From a virus (taxonomy: Duplodnaviria; Heunggongvirae; Uroviricota; Caudoviricetes): a DNA stretch of 22,590 bases. Shown piece after piece: positions 1 to 7,461 of the stretch (its first letter is position 1; each line of letters opens with the position of its first letter). The stretch lies in the IMG/VR virus record IMGVR_UViG_2585427750_000023, positions 1 to 22,590 of that record. One strand, given 5' to 3'. The notes beneath the pieces were generated by a model that was given only the letters and a program-made list of their open reading frames with translations, searched no databases and had not been told where the DNA came from. The position numbers were made by a program, and so were the translations under genes.

Positions 1-933
1 ATGGACAACGACAAAATTGATCAACACAGCGACGAAATTGAAGTTGAGAGCGAAGAAAAAGAGCGCGGCAAAAAAATAGAAATAGATGAAGACCGACTCC
101 CCTCCCGGGCGATGGCAATTCATGAGCATATCCGCCAGGATGGTGAAAAAGAGCTGGAACGCGACGCAATGGCGCTACTGTGGTCAGCCATTGCGGCGGG
201 GCTGTCGATGGGCGCTTCGCTACTGGCAAAAGGGATATTTCATGTCGAACTGGAAGGAGTGCCAGGCAGCTTCTTACTGGAGAATCTCGGTTATACCTTT
301 GGTTTTATTATCGTCATTATGGCCCGCCAGCAATTATTTACCGAAAACACCGTGACTGCGGTACTACCCGTCATGCAAAAACCGACAATGAGCAACGTCG
401 GCTTACTTATGCGATTATGGGGCGTCGTGCTGCTGGGTAATATTCTCGGGACAGGTATTGCTGCATGGGCATTTGAATATATGCCTATCTTCAATGAAGA
501 AACTCGCGATGCATTTGTCAAAATCGGCATGGATGTGATGAAGAACACCCCCAGCGAGATGTTTGCCAACGCGATCATTTCCGGCTGGCTGATCGCCACT
601 ATGGTTTGGATGTTTCCTGCTGCGGGTGCGGCAAAGATTGTGGTGATTATATTGATGACCTGGCTTATTGCACTGGGTGACACCACCCACATCGTTGTCG
701 GTTCTGTTGAAATCCTCTATCTGGTGTTTAACGGCACGCTGCACTGGAGCGATTTCATCTGGCCCTTCGCACTACCTACTTTAGCGGGGAACATCTGCGG
801 CGGCACCTTTATCTTCGCGTTAATGAGTCATGCACAGATTCGTAACGACATGAGCAACAAGCGTAAAGCAGAAGCACGCCAAAAAGCAGAACGTGCGGAA
901 AACATTAAGAAAAATGATAAAAACCCAGCATAA
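1..933 (+). CDS. yfdC: Inner membrane protein YfdC, formate/nitrite transporter (FNT) family; host gene flanking the prophage
   Basis: 310-aa ORF starting at window position 1; multi-TM hydrophobic profile; sequence recognised as E. coli YfdC, the gene known to lie immediately upstream of argW. Confidence 0.88.
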   Translation: MDNDKIDQHSDEIEVESEEKERGKKIEIDEDRLPSRAMAIHEHIRQDGEKELERDAMALLWSAIAAGLSMGASLLAKGIFHVELEGVPGSFLLENLGYTFGFIIVIMARQQLFTENTVTAVLPVMQKPTMSNVGLLMRLWGVVLLGNILGTGIAAWAFEYMPIFNEETRDAFVKIGMDVMKNTPSEMFANAIISGWLIATMVWMFPAAGAAKIVVIILMTWLIALGDTTHIVVGSVEILYLVFNGTLHWSDFIWPFALPTLAGNICGGTFIFALMSHAQIRNDMSNKRKAEARQKAERAENIKKNDKNPA

Positions 934-1008
934 ATGGCGAGGGTTTAAGCAATCGAGCGGCAGCGTACTTACCCCGCAGTCCATTAGCGGGTATACTCAT
1001 GCCGCATT

Positions 1009-1083
1009 GTCCTCTTAGTTAAATGGATATAACGAGCCCCTCCTAAGGGCTAATTGCAGGTTCGATTCCTGCAGGGGACACCA
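1009..1083 (+). tRNA. argW: tRNA-Arg (anticodon CCU), integration target of the prophage
   Basis: 75-nt cloverleaf read by hand: acceptor stem GTCCTCT/AGGGGAC (one G-U), anticodon stem AGCCC/GGGCT with loop CTCCTAA (anticodon CCT), T-arm GCAGG-TTCGATT-CCTGC, discriminator A plus encoded CCA; candidate -10 TATACT at 992..997. Confidence 0.93.
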
Positions 1084-1244
1084 TTTATCAGTTCGCTCCC
1101 ATCCGTACCAGTCCGCAAAATCCCCTGAATATCAAGCCTTCCGTAGATTCACAGTTCGTAATGGTTCGCGTCAGATCGTTGACAGCCGCACTCCATGACG
1201 GGTAAAAAGTGGATAAAATAATTTTACCCACCGGATTTTTACCC

Positions 1245-2402
1245 ATGCTCACCGTTAAGCAGATTGAAGCAGCAAAGCCGAAAGAAAAACCATACCGCCT
1301 ACTCGATGGTAATGGCCTGTACCTTTATGTCCCTGTGTCAGGGAAAAAGGTATGGCAGCTTCGCTACAAGATTGACGGTAAGGAGAAAATCCTGACCGTA
1401 GGAAAATATCCGCTAATGACTTTGCAGGAGGCAAGGGATAAAGCATGGACTGCGAGGAAAGACATCTCGGTTGGCATCGATCCGGTAAAAGCGAAAAAGG
1501 CTTCGTCTAACAACAATTCCTTTAGTGCGATTTACAAGGAATGGTACGAGCACAAGAAGCAAGTCTGGTCAGTAGGCTATGCAACTGAACTTGCAAAAAT
1601 GTTTGATGACGACATTTTACCTATCATCGGCGGCCTTGAAATTCAGGATATTGAGCCGATGCAACTGCTGGAAGTAATCCGCAGATTTGAAGATCGCGGC
1701 GCAATGGAGCGAGCCAACAAAGCACGCAGAAGATGCGGCGAGGTTTTCCGTTACGCTATTGTCACTGGTAGGGCTAAATATAACCCGGCACCTGACCTTG
1801 CAGACGCCATGAAAGGATACCGCAAGAAGAACTTCCCGTTTCTTCCTGCAGACCAGATCCCGGCATTCAACAAAGCACTGGCAACATTTTCAGGAAGCAT
1901 CGTATCGCTCATTGCGACCAAAGTTTTACGCTACACAGCCCTAAGAACGAAAGAGCTTCGTTCCATGCAATGGAAGAACGTCGATTTTGAAAACAGGATT
2001 ATCACTATCGACGCCAGTGTGATGAAGGGACGCAAAATTCATGTGGTTCCTATGTCAGACCAGGTGGTTGAACTTCTCACTACGCTAAGCTCAATCACCA
2101 AACCAGTATCAGAGTTTGTTTTTGCCGGACGCAACGATAAGAAGAAGCCAATCTGCGAGAACGCGGTGCTACTTGTGATTAAACAAATCGGCTATGAGGG
2201 TCTGGAAAGCGGTCACGGATTCAGGCATGAATTCAGCACGATTATGAACGAGCACGAATGGCCTGCTGACGCTATTGAAGTGCAACTTGCACATGCCAAC
2301 GGCGGATCTGTGCGCGGGATTTACAACCATGCTCAGTATCTAGATAAGCGCAGAGAAATGATGCAGTGGTGGGCGGAATGGCTTGATGGGAAGGTGGAGT
2401 GA
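1245..2402 (+). CDS. intS: Prophage tyrosine integrase (P4/CPS-53 IntS-like, N-terminal DUF4102-type arm-binding domain)
   Basis: 385-aa ORF from ATG 1245 (MLTVKQIEAAKPKEKPYRLLDG...), recognised as IntS-type integrase; directly downstream of argW in the same orientation. The ORF-track start at 1209 is a GTG extension and is not preferred. Confidence 0.88.
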   Translation: MLTVKQIEAAKPKEKPYRLLDGNGLYLYVPVSGKKVWQLRYKIDGKEKILTVGKYPLMTLQEARDKAWTARKDISVGIDPVKAKKASSNNNSFSAIYKEWYEHKKQVWSVGYATELAKMFDDDILPIIGGLEIQDIEPMQLLEVIRRFEDRGAMERANKARRRCGEVFRYAIVTGRAKYNPAPDLADAMKGYRKKNFPFLPADQIPAFNKALATFSGSIVSLIATKVLRYTALRTKELRSMQWKNVDFENRIITIDASVMKGRKIHVVPMSDQVVELLTTLSSITKPVSEFVFAGRNDKKKPICENAVLLVIKQIGYEGLESGHGFRHEFSTIMNEHEWPADAIEVQLAHANGGSVRGIYNHAQYLDKRREMMQWWAEWLDGKVE

Positions 2403-2581
2403 TCCACCTTAACTACTATCTAAGAGCACAAAGCCTTGCAATCCAGTGCAAAGCTTTGTGTGTCTCAGTTTTGTCTGCCATCACATGGAGATAATTAACC
2501 TATAACGCACATAGATGGTTGATGTTAATAAAAGCGCTGATCATCTCCTTAAGAGTATTTTAAGAGCATTTGAGTTATTAG

Positions 2582-2609
2582 CATGGAGGCGTATTGCCTC
2601 CATGTTTTT
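2582..2609 (+). terminator. Intrinsic terminator in the int-tailspike spacer (stem CATGGAGGC / GCCTCCATG, loop GTATT, then TTTTT on + strand)
   Basis: Perfect 9-bp inverted repeat 2582..2590 / 2596..2604 followed by T5 at 2605..2609; A-run on the other side, so it may act weakly in the tailspike direction too. Confidence 0.6.
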
Positions 2610-2610
2610 A

Positions 2611-4848
2611 CTACCATGTCGCATCTATGTAGAACGTTGGAGATGTAGTGGTGGACCCTTCAATCGATATTTGTCCTGTTGAAGCATTAATGGTGGCCAT
2701 TGCCATGCCAAATGAAACGCCATCAGCAGTGAACGGTACAGGGACATTTTTGGTTACTTTTGGTCTGCACCACCTCGGAAGCGTTAGAACAGTATTGCCA
2801 TTCGCAAATGAAGTGGCTGCCAGTTCAATATTAATTGAATTGGCAGTTAAACTTGACGGTGCCTGTACTGTTACGTTTGTTCCAGCCCACCATTGAACAG
2901 CTGCTCTTGGCGTGTAATCAACACGCGACCACCAGTCGATAATGGCAGAGCAGATAATTTCCGCATACAGACGATACCCTAACTGGCTTTGGTGAATGTC
3001 ATCACGCAGAAGTGGGTCGTATTGCGTGTTGAAATACTCTGGATATGGGGCCGGGAGCTGGTGAGTTGTTGTTACACAAATGACGTTATTGCCATATTTC
3101 ATCATCTGGCGTTTACCAGCTTCTCGCAACTCTGCGACACCGTCGTAGTTAGAAGATGGCTGGCCAGCCCCTCCAATAAATGACTGGCTATACCACATCC
3201 ACGGCTCAACCCAAACAGGGATACGACCAAGGCCATTGCAATATAAGACAAACTCATCTATCAATGACGCCATATAATCGCCGTTTTGGTTTGCCTGCCC
3301 TTCGTTAGTTCCGGCAACCATAATAACGATGTAAGCATCACCCGGCCCCTGAGCCTTCAGGAGATCTAACTGTTGCCTCATTGTCTGTCCGGCAACTGCC
3401 TTGTTTACAATGCTATGTGAACGGTGGCCGTTCGCTCCATCCATTAATTGCGGAATGTACGAGCTGAACGCGGAAATGAAATCCTCAGCTGTACTATCAC
3501 CGTGGATAAGGATATTAAGTGGAGGCTTACCGTGCACGCCATTATCAGAGGTGTAGCTGCATAATCCAGTTACACGCGCAGCACCTCCAGATGCCGTGGT
3601 CAGTGCAACAAACCCAACTTCGTATACATCCCCTACATCAGCAGTATCAAAGGGCAAACGTATCCCAACGCCATTCATCGTTATCTGCGCCCAGTTTTTA
3701 CCTTGCAGTGATACGCCAACGGTTGCTTTGCCCGGGGCGTACGACAGTAAACCTCCTGGCAGCGGGAATGGAGTTCCTTCTGCTACTGGACCACCAATTG
3801 GTTTCTGTCTATAAGACCACTGTGTAGCACCTGGTGCCCCATAGAACATCATCCAACCACCAGAGCATCGCAGAACAATCCCAACTTCTGAGGCGGCCTG
3901 AGATTCCATACGAATATGTGCAGAAATATGCTCTCCAATATCTATTGGTGCGAACAGGCCTGTTGTACGGTCAGTAGTTAAGGGGAAGATAGCTGCGCTA
4001 TCTGAGGATATGGTGACTTCACCTTCATAGAAGAACGTGTCACCATTTATGGAATAAACTTTACAATCTGACCATTCCACTCGCTTCATGCGAATAGGGT
4101 TTCGGTTGAGGATGGCCTGCTTAGCCAGATAATCCACTTCTCCACCGGTTGCTTTAAAGTTCAGGTGCGTAAATTCAAACGTACCCTCCCCCTCGTACTG
4201 CAACGATTTAAACAGTGAGTACAGATCACTGTCGAATCTCAGGGTGACATTTTTATCAATGATTACTTTACTGTTCGCAAGGAAAGAAGCGTTAGCAGCT
4301 GTAGACGGTACGGTGTACACCATCTGATTTTTTGAATGATTAGAGAAGTAAACATACCCGTAGGTCGCAACACTATCGCGCCACGCCTGGACTACGTTAG
4401 AATTATCATAACTTGGAATTTTTGTGATCGACTGCAAAACAAGATCTTCCTGTGAGATAGCTCCGTTTACCAGATTAACACCTCCTTGAGATGCAAGATC
4501 TTGCCTGAGTTGGTCAGGGTCATACTTCAGCACATTCGAAAAATAGAACTGCTGCGCACCATACGCATCATAAACAGCCATAGAATGGCCTTGCACGGTT
4601 ACGAATTTGGCAATCTGTCCGTTATATACCGGATATCCAGCAGCGTTAATGATGATTGGTTGCGAAACAGGAACGTGAGAACCATCTTCGTTCTCTACAT
4701 AAACCTGAATCTGGTTTTCAGTATTTACCGGGTCAGTGTCAATTTTACCGATATAAATTTTGCCATTGGCTACGGCTTTAAAAGAACGCGCCATAGTGAA
4801 GAGTTGCGAAGGCATCGATACGATCACATTGGCTGTAATGTCTGTCAT
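2611..4848 (-). CDS. Tailspike protein: P22-family head-binding N-terminal domain fused to a divergent receptor-binding region containing an SGNH/GDSL-hydrolase (esterase) motif set
   Basis: 745 aa; N-terminus [11 protein letters not shown]...[20 protein letters not shown]...[13 protein letters not shown] matches the conserved P22 gp9 head-binding domain; further downstream [11 protein letters not shown] (aa 447-455), GTNE (513-516) and DDIH (616-619) match SGNH blocks I, III and V; RBS GGAG 8 nt upstream of ATG. Confidence 0.85.
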   Translation of the reverse strand: MTDITANVIVSMPSQLFTMARSFKAVANGKIYIGKIDTDPVNTENQIQVYVENEDGSHVPVSQPIIINAAGYPVYNGQIAKFVTVQGHSMAVYDAYGAQQFYFSNVLKYDPDQLRQDLASQGGVNLVNGAISQEDLVLQSITKIPSYDNSNVVQAWRDSVATYGYVYFSNHSKNQMVYTVPSTAANASFLANSKVIIDKNVTLRFDSDLYSLFKSLQYEGEGTFEFTHLNFKATGGEVDYLAKQAILNRNPIRMKRVEWSDCKVYSINGDTFFYEGEVTISSDSAAIFPLTTDRTTGLFAPIDIGEHISAHIRMESQAASEVGIVLRCSGGWMMFYGAPGATQWSYRQKPIGGPVAEGTPFPLPGGLLSYAPGKATVGVSLQGKNWAQITMNGVGIRLPFDTADVGDVYEVGFVALTTASGGAARVTGLCSYTSDNGVHGKPPLNILIHGDSTAEDFISAFSSYIPQLMDGANGHRSHSIVNKAVAGQTMRQQLDLLKAQGPGDAYIVIMVAGTNEGQANQNGDYMASLIDEFVLYCNGLGRIPVWVEPWMWYSQSFIGGAGQPSSNYDGVAELREAGKRQMMKYGNNVICVTTTHQLPAPYPEYFNTQYDPLLRDDIHQSQLGYRLYAEIICSAIIDWWSRVDYTPRAAVQWWAGTNVTVQAPSSLTANSINIELAATSFANGNTVLTLPRWCRPKVTKNVPVPFTADGVSFGMAMATINASTGQISIEGSTTTSPTFYIDATW

Positions 4849-4906
4849 TTAATTTGCTCCAGAGACAAGGAATCGCCGCAGCGTGGCCACGGTGAATTTT
4901 GGGCAT

Positions 4907-4929
4907 AAAAAAACCCAGCCGAAGCTGGG
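4907..4929 (-). terminator. Rho-independent terminator between ant and tailspike (minus strand: CCCAGC-UUCG-GCUGGG followed by U7)
   Basis: Perfect 6-bp GC stem 4914..4919 / 4924..4929 with CGAA/UUCG tetraloop, run of 7 A on + strand (U on - strand transcript) at 4907..4913, about 20 nt downstream of the ant stop. Confidence 0.75.
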
Positions 4930-4948
4930 TCGTTGCGTTGGTTATCTG

Positions 4949-5827
4949 TCAGTAGTTATGTACTGAAGGAGGTAATTCTTTATTCTTAAGTCTCATCCAT
5001 GCGGAAAGATTCGTTGGTCCGTCTGGCTCATTAATATCAACATCTCGTGTGTGGTTTATTAAAACGTCTCTCGCCATTCCGATAACATACGAGAATTCAT
5101 GACCGTAGTCGTAGCATCTTCCGGAATAGTTCGATTGAATTTGTTTTAATGCCGGATACAGTTCGCGGAATAATGCCTGTGAACGGTTAGCATAATCCCA
5201 TAGCCATACAAGGCTGTTTGCTTCTTTTGCAGAAAGCTCGTTTGCTTTCTTCTCTTGTTTGCCGATAAACTCGCCTTCAAGCACTACCCTGTGGATGTAC
5301 TCTACGGCCAGCGGGATTTGTTCAATTGAAAGTTCATCAATGCTGTCAATACCAAAACGCTGATGAACCATATTGTATGCATCGTCATAGCGAAGTCCTT
5401 TCTTTCCTACCAGCATGTTTACTGCATCGCGTAGCGGCGTTCTTTCCTCAACAGTGGTTTTCTTGCCTTTCACATACTCGCCATGTTTGCGAATTGAAGG
5501 TAGAACTTCTGCTGTTACCCACTTGCGGAATTTGTGCGGGACCGAACCTTTATTGACAGCATCGCGGCAGCGCAGAACCAATGTATACATACCTGATTCG
5601 CTCACAATGCTTAGATTCTGCTCACCACCAAGGGTGTAACTTAAAGTTACTCCCTTTTCATCGTCATCAAGTGCAGTAAGCGCCTTGCGTGAGTTAGTCA
5701 GGGTTAAAGCATCACAAACATCTTTTGCTACAAACCACGGCTCACCGCATTTGTTGATGACGAGGATTTCACTGTCGCCGAATTTGAAGATGGTGAAATC
5801 GTTTTGTGCCTTTGCTATACTTTTCAT
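4949..5827 (-). CDS. ant: Antirepressor Ant (Bro-N domain N-terminus, P22 Ant-like)
   Basis: Bro-N signature [28 protein letters not shown] at the N-terminus; preferred start ATG at 5827 with AGGA 9 nt upstream; the ORF-track extension to 5893 begins with TTG and is less likely. Confidence 0.8.
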   Translation of the reverse strand: MKSIAKAQNDFTIFKFGDSEILVINKCGEPWFVAKDVCDALTLTNSRKALTALDDDEKGVTLSYTLGGEQNLSIVSESGMYTLVLRCRDAVNKGSVPHKFRKWVTAEVLPSIRKHGEYVKGKKTTVEERTPLRDAVNMLVGKKGLRYDDAYNMVHQRFGIDSIDELSIEQIPLAVEYIHRVVLEGEFIGKQEKKANELSAKEANSLVWLWDYANRSQALFRELYPALKQIQSNYSGRCYDYGHEFSYVIGMARDVLINHTRDVDINEPDGPTNLSAWMRLKNKELPPSVHNY

Positions 5828-5895
5828 GTCAATATTTCCTAATCCGATTTGTTGATACCGAAGCCCTGACTGTTCCCGCAGTTGGGGCTTCAACT
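5828..5895 (+). ncRNA. Candidate sar-like antisense RNA covering the ant ribosome-binding site (hypothesis)
   Basis: Extended -10 TGcTATACT on + strand at 5813..5821 predicts a start near 5828 directly opposite the ant start; an 11-bp hairpin at 5862..5889 is fully paired only on the + strand transcript (two G-U pairs that become mismatches on the mRNA strand); predicted length about 68 nt. Confidence 0.3.
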
Positions 5896-6093
5896 TTCTG
5901 CTCTATCAGTTATATCTTTCCCTTCATATACTTCACCTATATTGCTAATGCTGGCAGAACATCCAAGATGCTTGTATCTTATGATGTCCAACACGCAGTC
6001 ACTACACAGCATCCGACCTGTTTCTTTAGAGTAAATGTATGTTTGATCAGCGTCTGATTCGCTAATGCCGCAGAAACAACATTCTTTACTCAT
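5890..6093 (-). CDS. Hypothetical small zinc-ribbon-like protein (two CxxC pairs) encoded between arc and ant
   Basis: 67-aa [12 protein letters not shown]...RMLCSDCV with Cys pairs about 21 residues apart; SD GAGGGG 8 nt upstream; start ATG overlaps arc stop in an ATGA. Confidence 0.6.
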   Translation of the reverse strand: MSKECCFCGISESDADQTYIYSKETGRMLCSDCVLDIIRYKHLGCSASISNIGEVYEGKDITDRAES

Positions 6094-6230
6094 ACCGTTA
6101 TCCCCTCTCTCTTCAGGCTGTCCATCACCCGTTTAATTACTTCTGCACTAAATGAGCGACACTCCTCCTTTGCTTTTTCTTCAAGAATTTTTTCTAGCTT
6201 CTCTGGCATACGCAGTGTTTTAACCTTCAT
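6090..6230 (-). CDS. arc: Arc-like ribbon-helix-helix transcriptional repressor (below the ORF-track size cutoff)
   Basis: Hand-translated 46-aa [49 protein letters not shown], resembling P22 Arc (..FNLRWPREV..NGRSVNSEIYQRVMESFKKEG..); SD GGAGG 5 nt upstream of ATG at 6230. Confidence 0.75.
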   Translation of the reverse strand: MKVKTLRMPEKLEKILEEKAKEECRSFSAEVIKRVMDSLKREGITV

Positions 6231-6242
6231 TGTATCCTCCGT

Positions 6243-6317
6243 TGTATGTGGTACGCATACATAGTATTTAGGTACGCATTGATAGTCAATAGATACCTAC
6301 ATATCCTGTGGTAAAAA
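6243..6317. promoter_or_regulatory. Divergent immI control region: Pant-like promoter (minus strand -35 TTGACT 6284..6289, 17-bp spacer, -10 TACTAT 6261..6266), Pmnt-like extended -10 (TGgTAAAAA 6309..6317, + strand), and two operator-like dyads
   Basis: Dyad 1 TGTATG-N7-CATACA at 6243..6261 over the predicted Pant start; dyad 2 AGGTA-cgc-ATTGA-tag-TCAAT-aga-TACCT at 6270..6298 over the Pant -35; 9-bp direct repeat GGTACGCAT at 6250 and 6271. Confidence 0.55.
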
Positions 6318-6335
6318 ATTATTCAGGATGCGCCG

Positions 6336-6584
6336 ATGTCTGATCGTAAGTACAAAAACCCTCAAGTGAATCTGAGGCTTCCTGTAGAGATAAAGGAACG
6401 TCTTATTGAACTGGCTGAGGCTAATTCTCGTTCATTAAATGCTGAGATGGTCGCGGCACTTGAAGCGTGGACCGAAAAAAATAAACACATTCAAGCACTA
6501 GACCTTGCAACTATAGCATCACGATTGATAGATCTTGAACACGATGTTGAGACGCTAAAGACCATGTATGGTAAGGATAAATAA
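6336..6584 (+). CDS. mnt: Mnt-like ribbon-helix-helix repressor
   Basis: 82 aa; N-terminal RHH motif NLRLPVEIKERLIELAEANSRSLNAEMV similar to P22 Mnt/Arc; C-terminal helical tail; AGGA RBS; divergent from arc. Confidence 0.85.
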   Translation: MSDRKYKNPQVNLRLPVEIKERLIELAEANSRSLNAEMVAALEAWTEKNKHIQALDLATIASRLIDLEHDVETLKTMYGKDK

Positions 6585-6586
6585 AT

Positions 6587-6865
6587 ATGACAGATACCAA
6601 AGTGAACTTCAGAGAAACCATCTTCAAGGACTCAAGTGATGCTGTAAATGAGTATGCTGATGGATTTGCTTACTCGTCTTTTGGGGATGTCGGAGCAAGA
6701 TTTGGTTCAATAGCATTTTTTAAGCATGTTTCAGACTGGGTTAATAATGAGGAGATTCAGCCAGTTAGATACCAAATTGCCAACATTCGCATGAGTGAAA
6801 ATCAACTTCTTGAACTGGCTAAGTATATAGTTTCTCAACACGAAGAATCAAAAAAATTAAGCTGA
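6587..6865 (+). CDS. Hypothetical protein, first gene downstream of mnt (start 2 nt after mnt stop)
   Basis: 92-aa ORF with AAGGA upstream inside the mnt 3' end; no recognisable motif. Confidence 0.55.
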   Translation: MTDTKVNFRETIFKDSSDAVNEYADGFAYSSFGDVGARFGSIAFFKHVSDWVNNEEIQPVRYQIANIRMSENQLLELAKYIVSQHEESKKLS

Positions 6866-6872
6866 CAGAGCC

Positions 6873-7433
6873 ATGATTTCTTTCCCTGCCGTAAATGCTG
6901 ATCATGCAGCGGAGAAAAAGAGAACTCTTGGTCGTATGGGGTCGACAGGTGGCATAGGAGAAAAGTCCAATGCTTCGCCTCCAGTTACCAAGAATGATAT
7001 AACCAAAAACAATAATATCGCTTATCTTGGAAAACAATACACTGAGGAGCATGCTATGGGCAGCCCATCAAGAGAAGAGATTGACGCGAAGCTTGGTCAA
7101 AACAAAGCAGAAATTGAGTTAATATCTGCTAACATGCGCGCTGAAATTTCAGCTTTCAGAGAATTCCAATCTAAGCAATTTACAGCTATGAATCAGTCCC
7201 TTAATGAAATTAAGGGACAGATATTCGCTAGCAATGGCGAAGTTGCAGGGCTCAAAGGTCAAATTGATGGCATTAAAACATCCATGACCGCGACCCAATG
7301 GCTCGTTGGTGCGGTTCTCGCTATGCTTGCGGTAATCATAACGCTTCCGCAGATTCAATCTTACTTCAAGGTTTCTGAGCCGACTGCGAAGGAAGCCGCT
7401 AGTGAAACCCATGATACCAAAATAAAGCAGTGA
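6873..7433 (+). CDS. Hypothetical coiled-coil protein with a single C-terminal transmembrane anchor; alternative start at 7056 (125 aa) with SD GAGGAG
   Basis: Heptad-like region EIDAKLGQNKAEIELISANMRAEISAFREFQ..., then hydrophobic helix WLVGAVLAMLAVIITLPQI; the 6873 start has a weak RBS, the internal ATG at 7056 has GAGGAG 6 nt upstream. Confidence 0.5.
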   Translation: MISFPAVNADHAAEKKRTLGRMGSTGGIGEKSNASPPVTKNDITKNNNIAYLGKQYTEEHAMGSPSREEIDAKLGQNKAEIELISANMRAEISAFREFQSKQFTAMNQSLNEIKGQIFASNGEVAGLKGQIDGIKTSMTATQWLVGAVLAMLAVIITLPQIQSYFKVSEPTAKEAASETHDTKIKQ

Positions 7434-7461
7434 TCTTACCAATAAAACCTGGGAGGACAAC

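Noticed and set aside
86-744. Overlapping ORFs inside or antisense to yfdC (86..355 +, 180..440 +, 291..692 -, 415..744 -)
   Set aside because: Fully contained within the recognisable yfdC frame; no RBS or independent evidence; typical frame-shadow ORFs.
1209-2402. ORF-track integrase start at 1209 (397 aa, MDKIILPTGFLP...)
   Set aside because: 1209 is a GTG inside the TTTTACCC/GGGTAAAA repeat block; the ATG at 1245 gives the 385-aa IntS-length protein, so the extension is treated as 5' leader.
2403-2610. O-antigen conversion genes (gtrABC or oac) expected between int and tailspike
   Set aside because: Looked for but absent: the interval is 208 bp with no ORF.
2648-4908. Plus-strand ORFs antisense to the tailspike (2648..2896, 2989..3183, 3519..3827, 3596..3814, 4486..4908)
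   Set aside because: Antisense shadows of a well-supported 745-aa gene; Cys/Arg-rich low-complexity translations.
4949-5893. Longer Ant reading frame starting at 5893 (314 aa)
   Set aside because: The codon at 5891..5893 is TTG and the added 22 aa precede the Bro-N domain, which normally sits at the very N-terminus; ATG 5827 has a proper AGGA RBS.
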